Shown here in pieces: positions 1 through 8,891 of a stretch of 15,095 bases of DNA. The position numbers and the translations under genes were made by a program. Every line of letters starts with the position of its first letter. Positions within the stretch are counted from its first letter, which is position 1. The stretch is from assembly GCA_030141605.1 (NCBI GenBank), contig JAQGDQ010002425.1:33373-48467 (forward strand), in the 5' to 3' direction. This stretch comes from Tubiluchus corallicola (taxonomy: Eukaryota > Animalia > Priapulida). The notes beneath the pieces are model-generated. The model saw nothing but the letters and a program-made list of their open reading frames with translations. It was not told the DNA's origin and did not search any database.

Positions 1-1
1 A

Positions 2-154
2 CAAAGTGTTTATCTCGCTTTTACAGGCTTTTTCCTTCTTACTACTACTCTTTCCGCACGACTTGTCTCCTCCGCCAGAAGAGCAACAAGAAGATGTTAA
101 ACCAATTACAGTTAACACTATCACACTGTTAAAAAAATTATTTAATTTCATCAT
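2..154 (-). CDS. N-terminus of a lipoprotein that continues past the left edge; possibly a DUF1080 / 3-keto-disaccharide hydrolase family protein
   Basis: Not in the ORF track. Hand translation from ATG at 154: MMKLNNFFNSVIVLTVIGLTSSCCSSGGGDKSCGKSSSKKEKACKSEINTL..., open to the edge. It has a signal peptide with a lipobox-like LTSS-C. 'INTL' matches the NTL(T/S)xxEKxxGW start typical of Bacteroidota DUF1080 domains, and it lies directly downstream of a BT2158-like gene. The family call rests only on these few residues plus synteny. Confidence 0.55.
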   Translation of the reverse strand, partial: MMKLNNFFNSVIVLTVIGLTSSCCSSGGGDKSCGKSSSKKEKACKSEINTL

Positions 155-245
155 TAGATTAATAATATTTTAAGATTATAAATAAACAAACTCAAAGTTT
201 AAACTTTAAGTTATAAAAATTAATTTAATACATAAATAAAAATTA

Positions 246-1742
246 TCACAACTCCCACCCTTCTCTGTAAGTATGTTTTATATACTCCTCGGCTGTTTCC
301 TTAGCGTTAAAGGTTTTATATTGAGTATCCCACTTAGGGTCTCCATCTACAACACTAAACTTGTCCGTTGTAATTACCCGTATCTCATCGTCATTGGCAA
401 TATTAGTAAACTTCATATTTTTTCCATCCCACTCCAATTTTCTCCTCAAATCCTGAAGTCTAACTGCTACCACACCCATAACTACCATCTCATTTAAAGG
501 ACCTGCGTAATTGAACTCCGAACTTGCCTCTACCCTATTTTCAGGAGATTCTTTACAAGCTCTTACCCAATCCATTTCGTGAGTTGTTTCTATTCTTCTC
601 AACACCTTAGGGGCTTTATAATCTTGGGTAGCTTCTTTTCCTCCAATAAACAAGCGTGGGTCTCTACCATAAGTTCCGCAAACGAGAGTTCCCTTTGTTC
701 CGTGGAAAATTACTCCTCCATCTCTGTCTAATTCTCTACCATCTTTAATTTCCTTAGGAATAATAGGCAAGATACCCCCGTCAGTCCAAGTGATTTCCAC
801 AGCTGGCATACCCACCTTAGCTAAACTTTTTCGCTTTGGAAAATAGTATTTTACCCTCTCAGCATTAGGAGCAGATTCAGTATTGATAGCAGAAGAAGTT
901 CCCTCTATGGCAATAGGATATTCCAACTTCAATGCCTTAAATGCAGGGTCTATAATATGACAAGCCATATCTCCCAAAGCTCCGGTACCAAAATCCCACC
1001 AACCTCTCCAATTCCAAGGAGTATAAGCAGAATGATAGGGTCTATGAGCTGCAGGGCCTAAAAACAAATCCCAATCCAGTGTTTTAGGAACTTTCATAGA
1101 CTTTTTCGGGCGCTCTAGCCCTTGTGGCCATATAGGCCTATTCGTCCAAGTATCAACCTTGTTTATCTCTCCGATAGCACCATCCCAAATCCACTCACAA
1201 ACCGTACGAATACCTTCCCCAGAATTACCTTGATTTCCCATTTGTGTCGCAACCTTATACTCGTTGGCTAAATTGGTCAATACTCGCGACTCGTAAACAC
1301 TATGTGTAAGTGGCTTTTGAACAAACACGTGCAAACCTTGACGCATTGCTTGAGCTGCAATACAAGCATGAGTATGGTCGGTAGTTGCAATAACTACTGC
1401 ATCAATATCTTTTCGCTCCAACATCTTACGGTAATCCTTATACTTAGCAGCCTTAGGGTAATCTTCGAAACACTTTTTTGCGTACTTCCAATCGACATCA
1501 CACAAAGCAACAATATTTTGCCCCGTAATTTGCTTTAAGTTACGTCTACCCATACCACCTACACCAACTGCGGCTATGTTTAATCTATCATTAGGAGAAA
1601 CATAATTTGCAGACTTGTTCACCGCTGGAACAGCAGCATAGGCATTAGAAACTTTGCTAAGCAATGCACCTCCAGCAGCAATACCAGCTGTGTAAGTACC
1701 AGTTTTTTTAATAAAATCTCTTCTATTTACATCTTTCTTCAT
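246..1742 (-). CDS. Tat-exported Gfo/Idh/MocA family NAD(P)-dependent oxidoreductase, BT2158-like (putative glycoside 3-dehydrogenase)
   Basis: 498 aa. Twin-arginine motif NRRDFIK, Rossmann motif AAVGVGGMG, IATTDHTH, QKPLTHSVYESR, WNWRGWWDFGTGALGDMACH, HEMDWVRACK. These match my recollection of B. thetaiotaomicron BT2158; BLAST confirmation is needed. Confidence 0.9.
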   Translation of the reverse strand: MKKDVNRRDFIKKTGTYTAGIAAGGALLSKVSNAYAAVPAVNKSANYVSPNDRLNIAAVGVGGMGRRNLKQITGQNIVALCDVDWKYAKKCFEDYPKAAKYKDYRKMLERKDIDAVVIATTDHTHACIAAQAMRQGLHVFVQKPLTHSVYESRVLTNLANEYKVATQMGNQGNSGEGIRTVCEWIWDGAIGEINKVDTWTNRPIWPQGLERPKKSMKVPKTLDWDLFLGPAAHRPYHSAYTPWNWRGWWDFGTGALGDMACHIIDPAFKALKLEYPIAIEGTSSAINTESAPNAERVKYYFPKRKSLAKVGMPAVEITWTDGGILPIIPKEIKDGRELDRDGGVIFHGTKGTLVCGTYGRDPRLFIGGKEATQDYKAPKVLRRIETTHEMDWVRACKESPENRVEASSEFNYAGPLNEMVVMGVVAVRLQDLRRKLEWDGKNMKFTNIANDDEIRVITTDKFSVVDGDPKWDTQYKTFNAKETAEEYIKHTYREGWEL

Positions 1743-1764
1743 ATTATTTAATAAATTTAAAGTT

Positions 1765-3309
1765 TTAAACTAATTTCTGTTTCTCTTCATCCCAATAAAT
1801 AGTTCTCCCCTCCCTATAAGCCTTAGTAGCCATCTGTACAGCAATACCTTCTTGAAAGGACGGCTCTATGCTACAGCTTGGCTGTTGCTTATTCCTTATG
1901 CAATACAACCACTCTCCCAAATGCAGAAAAGTAGTATCAACACGTCTCCCTCCTCTATAAGTATATAACAAACCCCTGTTAGCAAAATATTTCTCCGTAG
2001 CAGATGTAATAGCATCTATATTGTTTTTGGCTGGGTTAAAGTAATAAGGTTCGTTTGGATTAATTTCCTTTCGTTGTATTGCATCTTTATACTTTTGTGA
2101 ATAAGCATCTATTTCCAATGCCAACGTTCCATTATGTAATTGTCCCAACTGAATTGTACCATCCGTTCCCATTATAGATTTACCTCTATCGTGGCTATTA
2201 GCAAGAGATGCAGAATAGAGAAAAGAAATATCTTGCTTCTCAAACTCTAAAGCTACTTGCAGCACATCAGGAACCGTTCTTCCATCTTTATAGTAATAAA
2301 CTCCACCAGAAGCTGTTGCACTACGAGGAATTCCTAAGTCCATTATTTGATTGATAGCATCGAACTCGTGTGTAAGCAAATCTCCTATTAATCCCGTGCT
2401 GTAATCCCACCAGCAACGCCATCTAAAAAAACGCTCTAAACTAAACTCGTGATGAGGAGCCTTACCCAAAAACTGTTTCCAATCAATAGTGTTTGGATTA
2501 GCATCAGGATGAATAGGGTAAACCCAAGCCCCCACAGGATCGTTCCTATTAGTGGTTACTTCAATCATATTAACCTTTCCAATAATCCCCTTATCTATAA
2601 TCTGCTTAGCTTTAAGATAACTTAAATCTTGCCTCCCCTGATGTCCTAATTGAAAAATAATACCACTTTCCTTAACTATTTTTGCAACCTCATAAGTTTC
2701 ATCCAATGTCCAGCTAAGCGGCTTTTCTAAATACACGTGCTTTCCCCTCTTTGCAGCCTCCATTGTCATAGTTGCATGCCAATGGTCAGGAGTAGCTATA
2801 ACAACAACATCAATATCTGGAGAATCTAGCATTTCAATATAGTTCCTATACCTTTTAGGAGGAGTAGCCATTTTTCCATTAGTAGGCTGCCTATGTAAAT
2901 TAGCGCCCATCTCTATACCTCTTTGAGCAGCCTTGTCAAAAACATCGCAAATACCATTTATCACAATGCCTAAGTCTTCTTGCTGCAAAAACTCTTCATA
3001 ACGCTTGTCCTGTGGATTTTTTTTAGCCTCCTTCATCACCATATCAATCCACTCAGGATGTTCAAAACCCAACGACCTCAATATATAGCATCCTCTACCC
3101 CCTGACCCAATGATGCCTAACCTTAGTTTTTCTTTTTCACTGCCTGAAAAGAAATCTATGGGTTTTTCTTCTTCTTGTTCATCAATAAATAAACTCTTAA
3201 TTTTTTTATGTTGTAAATTCTTATATCCTTTATACAACAACAATCCTGCTATTGGAACAGTTGCCAATCCTTTTAACCAATCCCTTCTATTTAGTTTCTT
3301 TTTGCTCAT
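1765..3309 (-). CDS. Gfo/Idh/MocA family oxidoreductase with a twin-arginine signal/anchor
   Basis: 514 aa. NRRDWLK followed by a hydrophobic segment, LGIIGSGGRG, IATPDHWH, YLEKP, QLGHQGR, FFRWRCWWDYSTGLIGDLLTH. It ends 22 nt before the next gene, consistent with an operon. Confidence 0.9.
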   Translation of the reverse strand: MSKKKLNRRDWLKGLATVPIAGLLLYKGYKNLQHKKIKSLFIDEQEEEKPIDFFSGSEKEKLRLGIIGSGGRGCYILRSLGFEHPEWIDMVMKEAKKNPQDKRYEEFLQQEDLGIVINGICDVFDKAAQRGIEMGANLHRQPTNGKMATPPKRYRNYIEMLDSPDIDVVVIATPDHWHATMTMEAAKRGKHVYLEKPLSWTLDETYEVAKIVKESGIIFQLGHQGRQDLSYLKAKQIIDKGIIGKVNMIEVTTNRNDPVGAWVYPIHPDANPNTIDWKQFLGKAPHHEFSLERFFRWRCWWDYSTGLIGDLLTHEFDAINQIMDLGIPRSATASGGVYYYKDGRTVPDVLQVALEFEKQDISFLYSASLANSHDRGKSIMGTDGTIQLGQLHNGTLALEIDAYSQKYKDAIQRKEINPNEPYYFNPAKNNIDAITSATEKYFANRGLLYTYRGGRRVDTTFLHLGEWLYCIRNKQQPSCSIEPSFQEGIAVQMATKAYREGRTIYWDEEKQKLV

Positions 3310-3348
3310 ATACTCTTAAATTTCCTACCTAAAAACTTATTAATTATA

Positions 3349-3809
3349 TCATATCTTCATAAGTCTACGTATTCCCACATTTCTTTCGGTAGGGAAGTAC
3401 GTTGTAACCCACAAAGCAATAATTTCAATCAAATTATTATCCACAATAAAATAATTTCCAGTACCAGAGATAGACCCTACTTTCTCTAAATCAAAGGGAG
3501 GATAAGACAAATAGAAAAAGCCAAGCCAAGCTATTCCAACATAAGCAAATACACGAGAATAAATACCTAAAAGAAGACTTAGTCCTACGAGGAATAAACT
3601 GATAATTACTAAATAATCTGTAAATTTAATAAAACTTTGACTTTGAATAAAAAATTGCGTTAGATAACTCAAAGGCCCATTTGCATATTTTAAATAAGCA
3701 AAAGATGACCAATCTGCTTGAAAAGCCTTAGAAATTCCCTCGTATAAAAAGGCGGCCACCCTATAACTATTCTTAGAAGTGTAATGGAGGAATTGTTATT
3801 TTTTTGCAT
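3349..3809 (-). CDS. DoxX / DoxD-like (TQO small subunit-like) membrane protein, with an apparent frameshift near 3751-3755
   Basis: ATG at 3809 gives MQKNNNSSITLLRIVIGW. The track ORF (3349..3759) continues FLYEGISK...WSSFAYL...GP...VGLSLLLG...FYLSYPPF...GNYFIVDNNLIE. Joined, these give the DoxX motif LRIxIGW(H)FLYEGIxK. Five nt (CCGCC) stand where one codon is expected. Confidence 0.8.
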
Positions 3810-4087
3810 TTTCTTTTAATTATAAATTCAATGTTTATTAAAGTTGAAAATTTTACATCTCAATACAAGGGTAATAAGCATTTAGCTATTATTGTGAATT
3901 CAAATTATAGTAAAAAAAGTGTTTTTCCCTAATTCTAAATATACTTCATAAAAAAACGCAAATAACTATAATACTTCACCTTCTGATGTTATTAAATTTT
4001 AAAATTATATATATATATTTTATAAGCAAATTAAAGTTTATTTTTTTTAGAAAAAATAAATAAAACTACTTTTTCACAATAAATATT

Positions 4088-4119
4088 CAAAGATATTTTA
4101 CATTACATGTTAAAACAAA
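4088..4119 (-). promoter_or_regulatory. Bacteroidota housekeeping sigma promoter (-33/-7) for the doxX-oxidoreductase operon
   Basis: Minus strand reads TTTG (4119-4116), a 20-nt spacer, then TATCTTTG (4095-4088). This matches the TTTG-N19-21-TAnnTTTG consensus exactly. Confidence 0.65.
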
Positions 4120-4221
4120 ATGAGTAGGTTATATACTATTACTTTCTATTTTTTAAAGAACTAAGTAAAAATATATGAATAGTTTTTAGCATTTTACAAG
4201 CATTTTTTATTAAAGCTATTT

Positions 4222-4235
4222 AAAAATCGTTTGCA
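4222..4235. promoter_or_regulatory. Candidate LacI-family operator
   Basis: AAAAATCGTTTGCA has a central CG, and its right half matches the LacI-type palindrome TGnAAnCGnTTnCA. The left half is degenerate, and no regulator gene is in the window. Confidence 0.3.
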
Positions 4236-4250
4236 TAGTTGTAAAAGTGA

Positions 4251-4280
4251 AAAAACAAGCACAGTAATGTGCTTGTTTTT
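4251..4280. repeat. Perfect 13-bp inverted repeat with GTAA loop (bidirectional terminator-like hairpin or operator)
   Basis: AAAAACAAGCACA-GTAA-TGTGCTTGTTTTT. The repeat is directly visible; its function is inferred. Confidence 0.7.
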
Positions 4281-4329
4281 AGGTTTTTATGTTATATAGC
4301 TAATGTTTGCTAACAAAAAAATTGTGTAG

Positions 4330-4354
4330 TTTTATTTTATTTTATTTTATTTTA
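4330..4354 (+). repeat. (TTTTA)5 simple sequence repeat overlapping the susC promoter -7 element
   Basis: Five perfect TTTTA units. The last TA (4353-4354) is the first TA of TACATTTG. Confidence 0.85.
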
Positions 4355-4360
4355 CATTTG
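4353..4360 (+). promoter_or_regulatory. Bacteroidota -7 promoter element upstream of susC
   Basis: TACATTTG fits TAnnTTTG and lies 70 nt upstream of the inferred susC start at 4431. There is no -33 TTTG at canonical spacing; the nearest TTG (4322-4324) is 28 nt away. Confidence 0.55.
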
Positions 4361-4430
4361 TTTTTTATTCTTACATTAAAATTTGTCAAAACAATTTTAA
4401 TTTAACATAACTTAATAAAGTTAGACTGCG

Positions 4431-7378
4431 ATGGGAAATTCATTTACAAAATTCTTTTATCCCTATTTTTATTAGTTGCAATATGCTCTTTCTTGCAAGC
4501 CAAGACAATAACGGGAGTTGTAGTAGATGCTGATAATAACCCTTTGCCCGGCGTAAGTGTTGTTATTAAAGGCACTACTATTGGCACTACTACAGGGGCG
4601 AGCAATGGTGAGTATTCAATCAACGTTGGTGAAGATGCAGGAACTCTTGTGTTTTCGTTCGTTGGAATGGAAACAAAGGAAATTCAAATAGGAAATAATA
4701 GTGTTATTAATGTGGAAATGATGTCCGAAAGTGTAGGATTGGAGCAGGTTGTGATTATTGGGTATGGTACGCAAAAGAAAAGTGATAAAACAGGGGCTGT
4801 AGTTAGCGTAGGGCCTGACGATTTTAACGATGGGGTGCTTACAGACCCAATACAGGGGATACAAGGAAAAGTAGCGGGGGTAACAATTGTCAAACAAGGT
4901 GGAGACCCTAATGCAGGCTTTTCTGTAAAAATTAGAGGTTCTTCAGGACTTGTATCAGGCACAGAACCACTATATGTTATTGATGGAGTTCCTGGGGTAG
5001 ACCCCACAACGGTAGCTCCAGAAGACATAGAAAGCTTTAATGTGTTGAAAGATGCATCTTCTACTGCTATTTACGGTTCGCGAGGGTCTAATGGAGTAAT
5101 TATCATTACCACCAAAAGAGGAGGTGAAAAAGATATGGAATCTGCGGTAGAATACAATAGCTATGTTTCTTTAGACCATGCTGCTAATAAGTTGGATTTA
5201 TTAGATGCAAACCAGCTGAGAAAATATGTATCTGATAATGGTTTATCTTTCACAGATGGCGGGGCTAATACAGACTGGCAAGATGAAATACTAAGAACAG
5301 GTATATCGCAAACCCATAATATAGCTTTTACTGGTGGAAGTGGTAAAGGTAATTACAGAGCTTCTATAACCTATTTAGATTTCAGCGGAGTAGTAATAGG
5401 TTCGGAAAAAGAAAGAGTTGTAGGGCGCATCAATTTTAATCAAAGAGCACTTAATAATAAATTAACAATACAAGGAGGTATATCAGGAACTTTTGAAGAA
5501 AACAACTATGTAAAGTATGATGGAAAAGGAGAAAGAGATGTGCTTTTTCAAGCGTATCAAAGAAACCCAACTCTTCCTGTATACAATGAAGATGGATCAT
5601 TTTATGAAGTTGATGGCTTTGAATACAACAACCCAGTAGCAGCCGTAGAACAAGTACAAGATGAACGGTCTGCGAAACGTTTTTTAGGAAACCTGAGATT
5701 GAATTATGAAATAGTAGAAAATCTTACAGGAGGAGTAAATATAGGCTATACAAGAGATGATCAAGAACACTTTTATTTTGAGCCTAGCTATTCGAATGTA
5801 ACAACTACCAATGGCTATGCTTACAGAGAATACAATAATGACATTTCTAAAATATTAGAAGCTACTATATCATATAGCAATAGTTTTAATGAAGGACATA
5901 ACCTAAGTGCAGTGGGCGGATATTCGTTTCAAGAAGATATATCAACTGGGTTTAAGGCACAAGGACGAGATGTAGGGTCAGATTATGTGCAATCTCACAA
6001 TTTAGCCCTTTTAAATGATGTAAGCATTGGAGATGTATCCTCATATAAAGGGGCTAATAGATTGGTGTCTTTTTTTGCAAGAGGTGTTTATGATTATGAG
6101 TCAAAATATTTTCTTACAACTACTATTAGACGAGATGGATCTTCAAAGTTTGGAGATAATCATAAATGGGGATGGTTTCCCTCAGCATCTGCAGCGTGGG
6201 ATCTTACGAAGGAAGATTTCTTTGACCCAAGTCTTTTCAATCAATTAAAGGTAAGAGTAGGGTGGGGGATAGTAGGAAACCAAGAAATAGACAGGTATTT
6301 GTCGAAAGACCTTGTAGGTTCTGGAGGTTCTTCAATAGATCCTAATACAGGAGAGTCAGTCGTTGTTTTTCAACAAATACGAAATGCTAACCCAGACCTT
6401 AAATGGGAAGAAAATGAGGAGTGGAACATTGGACTAGATTTTGGTATTTTGAAAAATAGAATAACAGGTTCTTTGGATTATTATAGGAAAAGAACTTATG
6501 ACCTTCTGGCAGAATATGAAGTGCCTGTGCCACCCAATCGCTATGGAACAACCTATGCCAATGCGGGAGAGATTACTAATAATGGTTTTGAAATAAACCT
6601 TGCAGGTACAGCCATTGAACGAAAAAATATAAAATGGAAAAATTTAATCTCATTTTCCACTAATAAACAAAAAGTAGTTTCTTTATCTAACGATCAATAC
6701 AATCTGGAATTCAGAAAAGAAGGTTGGATAAGTGGACGTGGATTGAGCGATGTTTGGACACAAGTAGTTATGCCAGGAAGTGAATTAGGAACATTTTATG
6801 GATGGAAATACGCAGGTATAGATAGTGACGGAAAATTTGTGTTTGAAGCACCTGATGGTTCTTTAACATACGAACAAAACGACGAAGACAGACAAGAGAT
6901 AGGAAACGCTCTACCTGATTTTGAGCTGGCTTGGACAAGTCAGTTTAAAATTTATAAAAATTGGGATATTAGCTTTTCTTTAAGAGCTGTAGTAGGACAC
7001 GACATTCTTAATGTAACCCGTATGATATTTGGAAATCCATCGGTATTACCAGATAGAAATGGACTTCAGGAAGCTTTGGATCTGGCCGGCACTTTGAATG
7101 ATAGTCCAAAATACTCTGATTTCTATATAGAGGATGGTTCATTTATCCGTATGGACTATCTTACCATAGGCTATACTTTTGATACCCAAAATGTAGGATG
7201 GCTCAAGAATGTGAAAGGTTTAAGAGCTCATTTTACTTCCAATAATTTATTTACACTTACCAATTATAGTGGCTTAGATCCAGAAATGAGCCAAAGTGGA
7301 ATGACTTTTGGTATAGATCAGTATAGTGTATATCCTAAGACAAGAACTTTTTTGGTGGGATTAAGTGTTAAACTTTAA
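4431..7378 (+). CDS. susC: SusC/RagA family TonB-dependent outer-membrane transporter (apparent 1-nt deletion just after the start codon)
   Basis: Motifs LPGVSVVIKGTTIGTTT, EQVVIIGYGTQKK, PLYVIDGVP, DIESFNVLKDASSTAIYGSRGSNGVIIITTKRG, RRDGSSKFG, NPDLKWE and C-terminal YPKTRTF. The frame upstream of the track start (TTG 4493) is open and reads GKFIYKILLSLFLLVAICSFLQA, a signal peptide. ATG at 4431 joins it if one base is restored in GGGAAA. Confidence 0.95.
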
Positions 7379-7389
7379 AGAAGTTTGTT

Positions 7390-8870
7390 ATGAAAAAAAC
7401 ATTGGTATCGTTGATAAGTATTGTACTTCTAAATTCTTGCCTAAACTTAGACGAGAAGGTATATGATAGTATTCCAGAAGACCTATATCCTGAAAATGAT
7501 GGACAAATAGAATTACTAACCATTGGAGCCTATAATGAGCTTGGTAGATTGGTAGATAATGGAGAATGGTGGTTTGCTCAAGAGGTAACAGGTGATGCAG
7601 TGGTCGCTCCTACGCGACTTACAGACTGGGACGATGGAGGGCGGTGGAGAGAACTACATACTCATACTTGGACAAATATGAATAAATCAATAATTGATAT
7701 GTGGAGTAATCTTTACAATGGCATTACAGAATGCAATAAGGCTTTGGAATATTTAGGAGATAATGAAGAATATAAGAATGCAGCAGCACAAATGAAAATA
7801 CTCAGGTCATTTTATTATTATTTACTTATAGATAACTATGGGAGATGTTTTATATAACATCATTTTCTAATGCACCCTCAAATCCGCACAAAACAAGAAG
7901 AGAAGATATATATAATTCTTTGATAGAAGTAATCGATGATAATATTTCTAATTTGGCAAATCCTTCACATAATAACAAATCTGTTGTCAATAAAGCAACA
8001 GCCTACACATTACTTGCTAAACTTTATTTAAATGCAGGTGAATATACAGGTACTCCCCAATGGCAGGGAGCACTGGACGCTTGTGAGGCGGTTATAAAAA
8101 TGGATGCTTTTGACTTGGAAATAAGTCCTCTTGCTCCTTTTGTAACAGACAATAAGAATTCTATGGAGAATATATTTACTATCCCTTTTGATGAAATTAA
8201 TTTTCAAGGATTTAATCTTCATATGAGAACTTTGCACTACGATAATGACCAGACTTTGATATGTTGCAAAACCGTGGAATGGTTTTGCAACAATGGAGGA
8301 TCATTACGACACTTACGGAAGCGGTGATCTAAGAAAAGGAACTAATGGTGATGGTTATTTTCTTATTGGTCAACAATATACTGTTTCCGGCGAGGAAATA
8401 ATAGATGCAGATGCAAACGAAAACTTAGTGTTTGATAAACATATACCAGCATTGAAATTAGATGCCACATATACTACAAAGGAAATAAGAATGTCAGGAG
8501 CTAGAGTAGTAAAATTTGAAATAAAAAATGGAGCAAGACAAAACTTGAGTAATGATTACCCACTATTTAGATATGCTGATGTGCTGTTGATGAAAGCAGC
8601 TTTAATACGCCTTAATGGAGCGGGAGATGGTACCGCCGCTGAATTTGTTAACAAAAAGGGACTCGTAAGGGGGTAGGTGCTATTACTGCCGACTTGGATA
8701 ATTTATTAGCTGAAAGAGGACGAGAAATGTTCTGGGAAGGACATAGAAGACAAGACCTTATCCGTTTTGGCAAGTTCGGTATTGGATGGTGGGAGAAAGA
8801 CCCATCGGCTACTGAAAGAGAGATTTTCCCAATACCACAATCAGCATTAGATGCGAATCCAAATTTGTGA
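7390..8870 (+). CDS. susD: SusD/RagB family lipoprotein, split into four pieces by indels (sequencing artefact or recent pseudogene)
   Basis: Lipobox LNSC, TDWDDGGRW, LRSFYYYLLIDNYG, AYTLLAKLYLNA, PWNGF (restored across 8255-8290), PLFRYADVLLMKA. An untracked final piece reads DNLLAERGREMFWEGHRRQDLIRFGKF...IFPIPQSALDANPNL-TGA (8868-8870). Frame breaks are near 7840-7851, 8255-8265 and 8650-8672. Confidence 0.9.
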
Positions 8871-8891
8871 AAAAATATAATCAATAATACT

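Noticed and set aside
194-207. 14-bp palindrome AAAGTTTAAACTTT between two operon genes
   Set aside because: Almost all A/T in a very AT-rich spacer. It is too weak for a terminator and plausible by chance.
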